From Asterionella formosa (taxonomy: Eukaryota): a DNA stretch of 34,742 nucleotides. Below, one piece after another: positions 21,928 to 34,742 of this stretch. How positions within the stretch are numbered: position 1 is the first letter of the stretch; each line of letters starts with the position of its first letter. A program made the position numbers and the translations under genes. The notes under the pieces were generated by a model, which searched no databases, was not told the DNA's origin, and saw only the letters and a list, made by a program, of their open reading frames with translations. The stretch covers positions 1 through 34,742 of the forward strand of contig NKIB01000164.1 in NCBI GenBank assembly GCA_002256025.1, written 5' to 3'.

Positions 21928-24900
21928 TTAGTCATTCTTTTCGTTCCCTTCGTCTGTCGCTGGTACTGAAGGCGGCATCCATTCGAATGGCTCGGGAGCA
22001 GGAAGCTCGCCCTCTGGTTCAAGAGATGGAGCCTTGACGGCACCCAACTCTTCCACTTCGCCAGGGGTCGAATCCGTCAAGATTATGACACCATATGGCT
22101 TCTCCTCGGGGCGGATCGGGCGGTAGCGTTGGTCCAGATCAAACGCGCACATCACCGATTGAAAACTAGTAATTCTTGCCGGATTCTTGACTCGGAAGTA
22201 GTTTGGCTCTGGCTCACGCTTCTTCTTTAGTTTCTTCTCAGGTTCGTCCCCATCCACATCCATATCATCACCGTCCTTCTTCTCGTCTTCGTCCTTGGGC
22301 TTGTCCGATTCGTCCACGTCCATGGAGGAACTATTGTGCCCATCTTCCTTGGCCTTCTTTCGTGCCAAACGAGCCTTGTTTTTAGCAGTCGTCGACAACG
22401 CCACAGTCTCAACTCGCTTCTTATCAACTACCTTCTTCTCCTCCATTTTCTTCGGATACGAGAAAACGCTTGGCCTTGAATTGCATTGGATCTCAAATCC
22501 CTTGGGGTATCTGAAGTCTTTGTTTAGTCCAATGGTATAGGTAGGTGTCAATGCAAGACTAAACATGTGCATCATGGGGTACCAATGCCAGTGCTGAAGC
22601 CACAAGACCAAACCAACCGCACTTGTCATTTTTGTAAATCCATTGCGAGATCCTAACCCCAGTGTGCAGTTGCGTCCACCAGCATCAATGATACCCTTGG
22701 AAAGAATGGCTCCCATCTTGGTCAAGATGCTTTGGTGCTTGTCACTCACAATGCTCGAGAGTCTCTCGCGGAAGGAACGAATCTTGCGTCCATTACACGA
22801 GTCACTTTGCTGCATGTAAATCATGGCAATACCCATCAAGGCTCCTTGGCGGACATAATCCGTCATGTCATCCATCATTGGCTCCAAGAGCGCAATACTC
22901 TCAGGATCGCCCGACCCGGCCATGGCGATTCCGACAGCCATGCAACTAGCATATCGAACGTGCGGATTAAAGGACTCCAACAAAAGCTTGACCAGCTGAG
23001 GGACACGGTCCGGAGTCTTGTACAAAACAAAGGCTAGACCAATCACTGCTGCCATGCGGACATCGTCACTGACATCGGAGACAGCGGTATGAAGCAGAAT
23101 GCGAATGGCCTTGTTGGACCCAGTTCCGCAATAAGCCAAGGCGATCGAATATTGCGCTCCATAGCGAAGAATGGGGTCTCGGTCACTACGCATTTCTTCA
23201 ATGACGGCATCCGCATTTTCTTCTTGGCCATATTGGACCAAAGCCAGTCCCATTGCAATGCCACGAATAATCTTTTCGTGTTGCGTTTCGCGAGCATAAT
23301 TCTTGAGCTCAGTGACGAGTTCCAGGATTTCATCTGTATTGTTGGTCTCAGGAAGCGAATTGGCCGTATTTCCGGCACCAGTTCCAACCAAGACCATACC
23401 AATGGCCATACCCGCTGCTTCACCGGCCACAGCAGAATCGGTGTACAGCAATTCCTTCAATTCATTAACGGTAGCCAAATCGGACGACCCCATAGACGTC
23501 AAGCCAACCCCAAGTGCGGCACCATGACTCATGGCTTCATTAGCATGAGAAGCCCGGAGATGGGATCGCAATAAATTTGCTGTTTCTCTACGCTTTTCTG
23601 CCGAGGAGCCAGCATGCGATCCATGTATAATTCCCAGTGCAAAGAGCGAACCACCTTCTGCGTAGCCACCCACGGACGAAATGGTAACAGCATTTTCTCC
23701 GTCTTCGGAAGGCGGTTCTGGTAAATATGGCTCCAAAAGGTTCATGGCTTCGGTAATGTGACCAGCATGAATGACGCCTAACGAAGCTGTCGCAGAGAAT
23801 TTGGCCCTGCAATCGGTGAAAGGGTGTCAGTGTTAGCAACATCGCTATCATAAAAAAGGAGAAGAAGTTCATAAAACACATACGCACCAGTTGGACGCTT
23901 TCTTCATCCAATCTAAGTGGTCTCGTAAAAAGGAATCATTGGTGGTGCCAGCGTACAAGTATGCATGAGTCATGACGGCCATATTATGCAAGATACTATT
24001 ACGACCTCCAGATCCCCGCTCCTCCATCGTTTTTTTGAGCGATTCTATAACAAATCGGTCGGCATTCGAATTTTTGTGAAGAAAGGAAAGGGAAAGCTCG
24101 GAGGAAAAGCCTCCAGTCAATACCCTGAGAGCTTGATCGAGTTGTTTTGTGTCAGTGCCAGTAAAGTTGGACTTGAGTCCGTCAGCAACAGCAGTAGCGT
24201 AGGCCTGGTCACCACTGTCTACAAGGTCAAAGCATAGCTGATAAGCAAGTAGCACATCGTTTTCACTTCCCTGAAGCAAGGTAGTGAGTACCATGCTGAC
24301 TGGCTGGGTTTGCTTCAAGAGTTGATGTACCAGCACTAGGTCGTAGGCGGCCGATTTCGTCGAGGAGATGAATCGTTCCTCCAAGGATGCTGCAACAGCA
24401 TTCAAAACTTCATTGCGGAATGCCTTATTCGAAACGACAGATACAGCAGCACTAAGCGCATAATGTAGGAGTTCCACGCTATGATTCGATACCTTGAAAA
24501 TATCCTGAACTTTCTCCGTTTCTCGCGCTTCAAATGCAATTCCAAGCGCATGTTGATAATTTCCCATTCGGCAAGCAGATTCCATCATACGGTGTACCAA
24601 TAGTTTTAGACTTTCCATAGGAATGTTATTGACGGATGTGTCATCCACAATAGTTTGTTCCGAGGATCTGGCACAGTATGCATCCAACGCTGCCGCAGTG
24701 AGCCGCTCTACGTAAGGCGTCTTGGTGGTCAGGTCAAAGTGCGCGTCGCCTGCTTCCAGAGCTAGTCGAAGGGCCTGAGAAGGTTCCTCTAGATGAAAAA
24801 AAACCCGAGATGCCACAGCCGCGGCAGTTTGGCGCATTTCCTTGGGCATTGCTTCGTCCTCGGAGATGCCTTCCAAGTCTGACAAAGCTTCTGCCACTTC

Positions 24901-25044
24901 GTGCCAGAGCACATCGACGCAGGCCAACAGTTTTCCCAGGGCGTGCGTTTTCAAAGCAATGTCTGCTTCTTGGAGAAGTGCGAGCCATCCTGAAGCAGTG
25001 GCGACTGGAGGGACAGTCAAGGGAGTCATGAGAGCCGTCGACAT
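21928..25044 (-). CDS. RPN2: 26S proteasome regulatory subunit RPN2/PSMD1 (about 1011 aa; exons 25044-23888, 23806-21928)
   Basis: N-terminal 'ALLQE...HAL.KL...VDVLWHEVA...AAAVASRVFFHLE'. Intron 23807-23887 (GTGCGT...TGCAG) restores 'NWAKFSATASLGVIH'. PC-repeat motifs HGAALGVGL, ETQHEKIIRG, HTAVSDVSDDVR, ESFNPHVRY and GIIDAGGRN, and C-terminal PAPEPFEW. Confidence 0.97.
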
Positions 25045-25371
25045 CGTTCTTTGAATGGGGTGCTTGGCAAAACCTCTACGAGCACAGCGCTTTATTCGAT
25101 CGATTGATCGATCAAATGAATCAGATGCGGTCGATGAATGGATATGGATTGGCTGAAGTGTTCAAGGAGGTAACGAGAAGCAGTGCTCGATGAAACTTGG
25201 CTTGCAATGGTGACGATTACATTCAATGAATTCAAAGGGTGGTATGATGGCATGGATTCCATTGGATTATCCTTGCAATTCGATCACTTTACCGTCCTAA
25301 TGCTTCATAGGATCTACATAAGAGCGATACCGGCGAGGTACGGTACTTTCTTTGCGCAGGTCCCTCCCTTT

Positions 25372-25741
25372 ACCGTATCATACGAGCGGAATATACCGTA
25401 TACATACCGGTACTACTGGTACCAGGTAGCCCTGGTACTTACCATAGAAGGCACAGGCAAAATGAATTACTCGGCCGTTGTTAAATGTACATGAGCAAAC
25501 GCTACATAGTATTTTGCGGGCAGCAGGTACCAGGGTCCCGGTTACCATGTTAACCTGATCCTTGTACCTGGTACCAGGTACCACGACCGCGTTAGGGACA
25601 AAAGCTTCTCCAAGCTTCGTTGTCGATCGTCGACTGCGCATATTTTCGCGCAAAAATGATAGACTTGTAGTTTACTACCGGTACCAGTACCTGGTACGGT
25701 ATTATCGATGTACCGTACGGGTACTCGGAATAGTACCGGTA
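25372..25741. repeat. Dense chain of TA-bounded footprint-like words upstream of RPN2
   Basis: TACCGGTA 25405; TACTGGTA/TACCAGGTA 25414-25428; TACCTGGTA/TACCAGGTA 25565-25580; four-link chain TA-CCGG-TA-CCAG-TA-CCTGG-TA-CGG-TA 25676-25701; TACCGGTA 25734. Confidence 0.85.
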
Positions 25742-26485
25742 CCAGTTAAAAACTGTAAGCCACCGTTATTTTTCTCCATTTTCCGACTGAAAATATTTAA
25801 GTAATTTATCTATCGAAACCTGATGCAAGTACGAAGAGTATGTTCGACGATGCACTCTACTCAACGAATAAGTACCGGTAATTAGTTTCGATTCAGTGTA
25901 GAAAGCCATGAAGATCTAATTTTTTCAAAGTCATTAAGATTGTTGCATAGCGGTGGCTTACAGTGCATATTTTTCTATCCATACATGAGTATATTTCCCC
26001 CCTAAACCGTGATTATTTTTACTCCGTTTATACTACAGAAATTCTTTTCGTATTACTTCACCTGTTAGGCACGATACAATATGCTTTTTGCGCTTGCATC
26101 GTCACCAAATGCTTCTGACGCAAAGTGTATTCGAAAGCATGATGACCTCATACCCCTAATTAATTGTACTAAATTAATTCTATCGGAAGAACATTATCAT
26201 TCTTGTGCATATACCGGTACATGTATAGAAAAGGCGATGCCAGCTCAATAGAGTAAACGTGAAAAAATCCGTCTTTCGCAATTTCGCATCTACAGCAACC
26301 TTTGGGCTGTAATGAGTATTTAACAACTTACACAAAGCAACAATAAAGGTACAGAAGTATTTACTCGCTACATAAATCTGAACAACTGTATCTTGCAAAC
26401 TAAGTTCAAACTGTGCGTTTACTCCATTTAGCGGTGGCTTGGAGTTCAAAAGTCGTCAAAGCGGTGGCTTACAGTTTTTAACTGG
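25742..26485. mobile_element. Non-autonomous TIR element (MITE), 744 bp, Tc1/mariner-pogo-like, TA target-site duplication
   Basis: Perfect 24-bp TIRs: CCAGTTAAAAACTGTAAGCCACCG (25742-25765) and CGGTGGCTTACAGTTTTTAACTGG (26462-26485). Each is flanked by TA (25740-41, 26486-87). Internal partial copies of the TIR core lie at about 25950 (gcggtggcttacagt) and 26431 (gcggtggctt). The interior is AT-rich with no transposase ORF. Confidence 0.88.
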
Positions 26486-27372
26486 TACCTGTTTTCCTAA
26501 ACTTACATACAGTGGTAGCAACATAGTACTATATAGCCCAAATTTTGTCACATGACATATGAAGTAGTATAATAACTTGTTTTGATGAAAATGTAACTTC
26601 ATCGAAAGTATAGAATATCTGGTAATCATTTTCAGAGATGCATCCTGTGGTTACAGATAGGGTGCTCAAGAAATCCTTACCAGATATTCCATACTTATGA
26701 CAAAGTTACATAATCAAAGAACCTGGCTGAACAAGACCCCCCCCATTTCTTGTCTTTTCAAAATTGGGAGAGCAATGAGGAGATTACCATACAAATCTCA
26801 GTTATGAGTACCAAAATGTGATGTAAATGCCCTGGCATCTGAATCCTATCTGTACACAACAAGTGCTCCATGCAATTGGGGAAATAAGTTTCACCCTGAC
26901 ATACTAGTTCCAGCCACATCAAGCGAGTTCCAATGGAAAAGTACTCTTGTTCAAAACAATCATGCATGAAGCAATGACTGATGACCATTATCTGTGTTGG
27001 CCAGCATGTTTATATATGTATTGTATTGGGAGGTTTAATTATCTGCAGTGTCCAAATCATTGTCAGCAAATTTACATCAACTTTTGTTGGTACCATCAAA
27101 GTAGATGCAAGAAATGCAGCACCATGCCTTAGAACTGCCCCGGTGGAAACCTGGAAACCTTGGTAACCTGGTACTAGGTCTTGTCATTGCGATCTTTCCA
27201 TCGTAGATATGTACTTACTACCTGGTACCAGGTACCAGGTATATTAGTATTATCTACACATCATAACAATATCCATACTGTATTCGCAAGCATTTCTTCG
27301 TGCAGCCATGATCAGCGGAAACAGCAAAAAAAGAAAGCAACAGAATCACACAATAGAAGCGATATTGACACA

Positions 27373-29067
<1,695 letters not shown>

Positions 29068-29280
29068 AGAAGAAAAAATTTCAAACAATGTGTGAAATGA
29101 ATGGAGCATCGAAAATGGCTTGCTTTGACGTATTAGATATTCTACCACAACCAAGCAGCGCACTAACACTTCCAAACATCAAAATATACTATTGGGGACA
29201 ATGGCGAACGTTATTGAACATACCGTTAACGTACAAAAAATGTTCCTTCGCCACAACGCGTTCGAGAAGGCAGGTTTGCA

Positions 29281-30559
29281 CTACCGTTCTAGTGTCTTTG
29301 CATCTAGCAACAATTCCTCCATTAGAGAAAGCAAGGTAGTTAAGCCAATCTTGTACCCCTTGTCACCACATGATGATCTTCGAACATGCCCAAAGTCAAT
29401 CATTTTCAGTTCAACATGTTCCACATTATTTGCTTGACGATCACCTTCATACACAAACAGAATGGAACTGGCATAAAATGATAATCGGTCGTTATCTTCA
29501 AACCATGTCAAGAGCGACTTCAGTTTCGCCACGAGACGATGCAACTGTAGTATGGAGTTCCGCCTGCTAAAAAATAATCGTAGTGCTTCCAAAACGGAAG
29601 ATCGCGTCAAGAGAGATCGTCCCAAGGCTTTCCCAAACATTCGAAACCCCAACGCATCACCGTCGGGATGGTGCGGATCATGTATTCTCATATCTACGAT
29701 ACGAAAGCCAAGCACTGTTTGTGGAGGATATTTGGACGCTTCCCTTCGTTGTTTCTCGAGAGGTGCATCTGGTTCATACGTCTCTGTTCCCACTTTGATA
29801 TCCATCACACAAGGTTTGGAAAATCGGGAGGTCAAGTCTTGCAATACGACATAGGGGTAGGTGGGGGTGTCTTTCTGATCATGTTGCTCCGGGCTGTACT
29901 CAAGAACTCCATAGTACGATGGAATGAAGGGAACTAATCTTGCCAAAAGCAATTGTTCACGGAGCTTATGGTGTTCGTAGTTCTCCGAGTCTGCAACGAT
30001 GTTTTCGTGCAATAGTCGTTTCGACATCCAAGTGCCTATTAGGCTTTCAAGTGTGCTACGTCTCCCCGAGGAGCCTTGGTTCTTGGCATCGACCGATGCC
30101 ACTAGGTTAGCCTCATAAAATGCCACTTCCCTGATGCCTCGGTTTCCACTTTGCATCGGTTTTAGTATGTAGTCTGGTGCAAGTTGTAATATTGGCCTCT
30201 TCTTTAGGGAAATGCCTCCCACCTGACCAGTCATAATGGTGGGATGCTGAGTGCCCAACAAATTCGGAACCCGTCGCAATGCAGACGCTAAAATAGATTG
30301 GCAAACAGTAGCATCTGATGAATCAATCTAAAGAGTTTCAGGAATATTAGCAATGTCTTGTAAATAAATAAACAAAATTATCTTGTCTGTTAAAAGAACC
30401 AAGAACGAATGTTCCTACCATTGGACCATCAGCAAAGTTCTTCTCGCTTTCTTTCGGGCGATTCCTCGAGTGCGATTTTGCCCTCCATCTCAAGTACAGG
30501 CTAAAGGTGACGACAACAATAGAGCTACATGTTGCAAACCCAACAGTGATCCTGTTCAT
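29281..30559 (-). CDS. IPMK: Inositol polyphosphate multikinase-family (IPK) protein with N-terminal hydrophobic anchor, about 395 aa; exons 30559-30419, 30327-29281
   Basis: IPK motifs QVGG, REVAFYE, FIPSYYG, LQDLT...PCVMDIKVG (PxxxDxKxG), FYASSILFVYEG and MIDFGH. The phase-0 intron 30328-30418 (GTAGGA...GCTAAT...CTTTAG) joins the 47-codon exon 1 in frame. Subfamily (IPMK vs IP6K/IP3K) is inferred. Confidence 0.85.
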
Positions 30560-32810
30560 CCCCTTTCCTGTCTTCTGTTCTTATCGGTGACGAGGAGCGT
30601 GTGATGGTAGATCTAATTAACAAGTGTTGGGTTACATACCGGCAGATCCTGATCATCAAATACTTTTACACTGGTGGTATATATTTGGATCATCATTCAT
30701 TTCAATTTCTTGAATATATACGGTGCATGTGTACCGTGCTCTGCGAAATTGTGCTACCGGTACTGGTACCAGTTAAAAATGGCTTTGAGCCACTTGACGA
30801 TGTATACTGAAGGTAATACACGACCTACCGGTAGGGTGGAGACTGCCTGTGAGTATTCTTGTGTTCGAGGCTTGGGAGGCGCGAGTAGGTTGACCGAACG
30901 AGTGGCGCCCCCGGCGCACTGCAACCTTGAGGGAATTTGATTGCTGATATCTATAGCCCCTCAATTGATTGCCGTTTACTTAAGGAAAATCGACTGCCAA
31001 AATTGGACAAGAGTAGGAGGAGCTACATGAAGGCATGAAATGATGGTTTTCTTTAAAGTGTTGATGGCAATTCCACTACTTACATCCCTGCTATCTTCCA
31101 GCATGCTCCAATGTATACAAAATCTGGTCAATGATGTCTCAAGTACTGACTCTTCATCAAATGGATCTGGCTGGTTGTTGGATAATTCGACTTCTCATAT
31201 GATTCATATCGTTGCATCGTGCTTGCTTGATCATGGTGGCGCCAAAAATTCGGTTCCCCTTTCTGTTGATTTCCTATAGCCTTTCTTCCGGCCAAATACT
31301 TCTCTACATTTGATATGTAGTGATAAATAAATTAATGATTGTTCAAAAGCGACCTCAATGAGTCGTTGCATATCAAAACTCGAAAAGGTAGGTCAAAGTT
31401 AGGCTTCCATCTCGTCATTGAACCGGTATTTTCGTCAGATATGATCAGCCGTTAAATTTTAACTATATTTTTGTAGTATGCTTTCTACGTGTTCTACACT
31501 ATCTCAAATCAGATCTCGGCAGCAAGTTTTAGTGCTCATGTGTTGGCTTTTTATACTGCTCTACAATAGTATTGTTTCATTGCTTTCTAATCACAATATT
31601 TCTTTTGTTACTTCTGCATAATCTTCTACAATGACAACGAAAAGTCGTCAATCTCAATGAGCTATCGCAAACTCCGCAAAGCAGCCGGAACATGATGGAA
31701 CCAGTGTTCTGCATTAACTCATATTCAACAAGGAAGAGAGGACGGGTATGTGCTTGTTGATTTTTGTTGTCATATTTGAGTTTCCGCCATTGTCGAGTTT
31801 ACTAATTATGAAACATATTTCTTCCTCTTCAGAACATTGAGCGATGAAGGCTATTGTCATGTTACTCCTCCACTTCCTGACAATAGAACAAATCAGTATC
31901 CACTGGTCAAACCAGCTTGTCCAATGAGGTGAAATATGTTGCCAGTTGATTGTTGTTTTCACGAGGTATAATGATGAACACACACTACCATTATTCTTTT
32001 CCTGTTTCCCAATGCTAGCAAGCCACTTTTATCGAAACTCGCACGAAGATTGCAAAGTCTTCAGGTCGCAAACTATGTGGGCAAGAACATATCTCGCCAG
32101 CACCAACAACATATCACTCCATTGCTCCCTATCAACCTTTGTCAAACCTGTCCTCCTCAATTTTCCAAGCCACAAACGCCCACATCAGCCAGTAAATTTT
32201 CGACACATCCTGCTCCTCCTCCTGCTGGATACTACCAGAAGTCTGCATCGCCAGCACCAAATCTCCACTATCAAGCTGTTGCTCCTCCAAAGACTCCGCA
32301 ACCACAAGTCCGAATCAATACAGAAACCAGCACTGCCTCTAAATCAATTCAGGCATCGGTTTCTGCTCCTCCAGTCCCAATCTGAACATTTCTGAAATTT
32401 TTGTCGTTGCAACGACAAAAAAGTGTGAGTTGACAATTGTTAATGAAAATGCGTTGACAAAATTTCACACGATTTTTCTGCTGACCCAGCATTTTCTTTT
32501 TCACTTTTATTCTACTCCCTGCTTGTCATTTTCACGCCTTACCTTTCGATTTCCGTTTCATAGTACTTTGGTTGCTTAACAACATCGTGTCGAATTTTCG
32601 ATGCTTGTTACAATCATTCTTCTGTGACTATTTTTCATGCATATACCGGTAGTACCAGTATATTCGTGTTGAAATGGTCCGTACTCCTTCCCGCAGGCTG
32701 GGTCTCTCTTCACGTAGACTCTTACGTGATCGTGGTACTACCTAGTACCACTTACTTTCTCTCTTGTCTCTGCTTCTAGCCTTCCTTCTAGATAGACTAA
32801 TTGACCTTCC

Positions 32811-33083
32811 TGTCAATTAACACACTGTTTCCTCGGTTGATAATCTAAAACTCAAATTAAATTATAAGCTAAACTAAATGTTTCCTTTCCATACATCTTT
32901 GCTTCCTGCAAAGTTGTTCTAAGACTATCTTCGAGTTTCCACTTAACATTTCCATAGAAATCTTCAATCTTTGATCTCGTTAGACAGCTGATTGACGTGG
33001 CAATGCAATATTCGACTCGTTCGATTACAATCGAGTCCACAATCCTTGTGACTCGGGCTAATATTCTTGACATCCTCGTCCCC
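32811..33083 (-). mobile_element. Candidate polypurine tract and 3' LTR of the copia element
   Basis: On the minus strand GGGGACGAGGA (33083-33073) directly precedes TGTCAAG (from 33072), just after RNase H. A 6-bp inverted match TTGACA ends at 32811, but an alternative ...TTATCA end near 32838 is possible. The second LTR is not in the window. Confidence 0.45.
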
Positions 33084-34613
33084 ATTGCCACGCTCAAGAG
33101 GCTGTAACATCGTTCCACTCTGAACTGATTCGGACAATCTTGTGTGAATCTGTTCCTTCACATTCTTAGTCATTATGTCCGCAAAATTATCTTCCAACCT
33201 TATAAAAATGACTTCCAATTCTTCATCCTCAATCATGTCCTTTACATGGTGATACTTAATATCAACATGTTTTGTCCTGGTTCCGATTTGCTGATTCTTC
33301 GCGATAAAAATAGCTCCTGTATTGTCTTCTCGTAGGATGCTTGGTAACATGACCTTACCAGCAGTAACCTCATTCAGTAGCATTGCTATGAACTTGATCT
33401 CTTGTCCACACTGGGACATTGCCACATACTCAGCTTCCGTGCTGGACAGCACAACCGTTTGTTGTCCCTTCGACTGCCAACTGATTAGTGCCCCGCCAAT
33501 AGTAACAAGATACTAGCCAGTTGTGCTCTTCCTGTTAACCTTATTAGCAGCCCAGTCACTGTCCACGTAGGCAATGACTCTTAACCCTTTTGGCTTACGC
33601 AACTTGAGAACTCTATCCTCCATATTGGATAGGTAACCAATGACTCTTGCCAATGCATGCCATTGTTCTTCACCTGGGCAGCTTAAATGAGCCGATAATT
33701 CCCGAACCGCATTCGCACAGTCCGGCGAATCCTTCTTTGTAGACCATAGTAACTTGCCCACAATTTTTCAATATTCTCCTTCTATAATGACTTCACCGTC
33801 ATTCTTGTTCAATGTCTTTCCTGGTACGCCCGGTGTTGCGTACGACTTAATTTTCATATCGGTCAACTTCTCGTATTTGTGTAGAAGTTGCATACGAAAT
33901 TTCTGCATCTGCACCTCCCAGTATTCACCATACTTGTCCTCTTTCCAAGCATATTCCACTCCTAGGCGTTTCTGTAGAATACCCTGCTTGGTAATATTGA
34001 AATCTTCCTTGATAACATTTTTCATATACTCCACTGCACTTGGAGTCCCACATACAATACCGTCATCCACGTAATTAACAAGTAGACCATCAATTTGTCC
34101 ATCCTTGTTCCGGTGCATAAATAACATAGGGTCAATCTTGCTCTTTGTCATACCTGGCTTATTGGTGACACATTTCGCAAAAGTCCTGGACCAGCATCGT
34201 GGAGCTTATTTAGAAATGCTGCTTCCACATCAATAGCCCCCGCTCGCCAACCGTTGTACATCGTCACTGCGAGTACCGTTTTGATTGTCACATCGCTTGC
34301 AACTGGAGCAAATGTCTCAGTAAAATCGACACCTGGGATTTGCTCATATCCCTTCACAACCAATCTTGCCTTGTAAATGGTCTTCCCGGTTGACACATCT
34401 TCTTTAATTCGAAACACCCATCTCGTTTTTATTAGTGTTTGCTTCTTAACAGTATCACGTTTGACAACTTTCCACACTCCTCTCGACTGGAAGTTTTCAT
34501 ATTCTTTGTTGATTGGCTTGATCCACTCTTTCTTGTCAGTATCACGTTTGACAACTTTCCACACTCCTCTCGACTGGAAGTTTTCATATTCTTTGTTGAT
34601 CGCCTTCATCTAA
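32964..34613 (-). mobile_element. Ty1/copia retrotransposon pol remnant (RT plus RNase H), pseudogenised
   Basis: RT motifs VWKVV, KTRWVFRIK, YKARLVVKGYEQIPGVDFTETFAPV, IDVEAAFLN and NYVDD. RNase H motifs YVDSDWA, RKSTTG, LSSTEAEY, EDNTGAI, RTKHVDIKYH and ADIMTK. There is a frameshifting deletion near 34210 and in-frame stops at 33768-33770 and 33513-33515. Confidence 0.95.
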
Positions 34614-34742
34614 GCCGCGAAATACGCCACTTTTCGAAATTTCGTCTACGTATGAGTGTTAATTATGTGGTACTTCACATGCATTAATGCCACTCTTCAC
34701 GTAAAAAAGATTACTTTTAACGGTTTCATGTGAAGTTTTAAC

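Noticed and set aside
26758..27166. Short ORFs between the MITE and DLD
   Set aside because: No recognisable motif or consistent splice structure.
31946..32395. Pro/Gln-rich ORF (32050-32385) as a gene or retroelement ORF1
   Set aside because: No ATG start in the Pro-rich frame, upstream frames are broken and no domain is recognisable. It may be a decayed element but I cannot support a call.

Overview
Eukaryotic genomic DNA with short GT-AG introns (69-175 nt) and compact convergent/divergent genes. The style suggests a diatom or other stramenopile; this is an inference, not proven. Confident genes: a tandem two-domain guanylate kinase ending in a CaaX box (CVLS), NAT9, CBP80/NCBP1, proteasome RPN2/PSMD1, mitochondrial dihydrolipoamide dehydrogenase, and an inositol-polyphosphate multikinase with an N-terminal membrane anchor. 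There are also three orphan ORFs, one a spliced 62-aa microprotein. The mobile fraction comprises two decayed Ty1/copia elements, a probable non-LTR remnant, and a 744-bp MITE with perfect 24-bp TIRs (TA|CCAG...CTGG|TA). The most striking unexplained signal is a family of short words (TACCGGTA, TACCAGGTA, TACCTGGTA, TACCAGTA, TACTGGTA), often chained through shared TA dinucleotides. I saw none in the confidently called coding exons, and at least one lies upstream of every called gene. Each reads as TA + terminal bases of the MITE + TA, consistent with iterated Tc1/mariner-type excision footprints accumulating at promoters. An N gap flanked by poly-G/poly-C at about 17.0 kb is probably an assembly artefact. 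All counts and alignments were done by eye.
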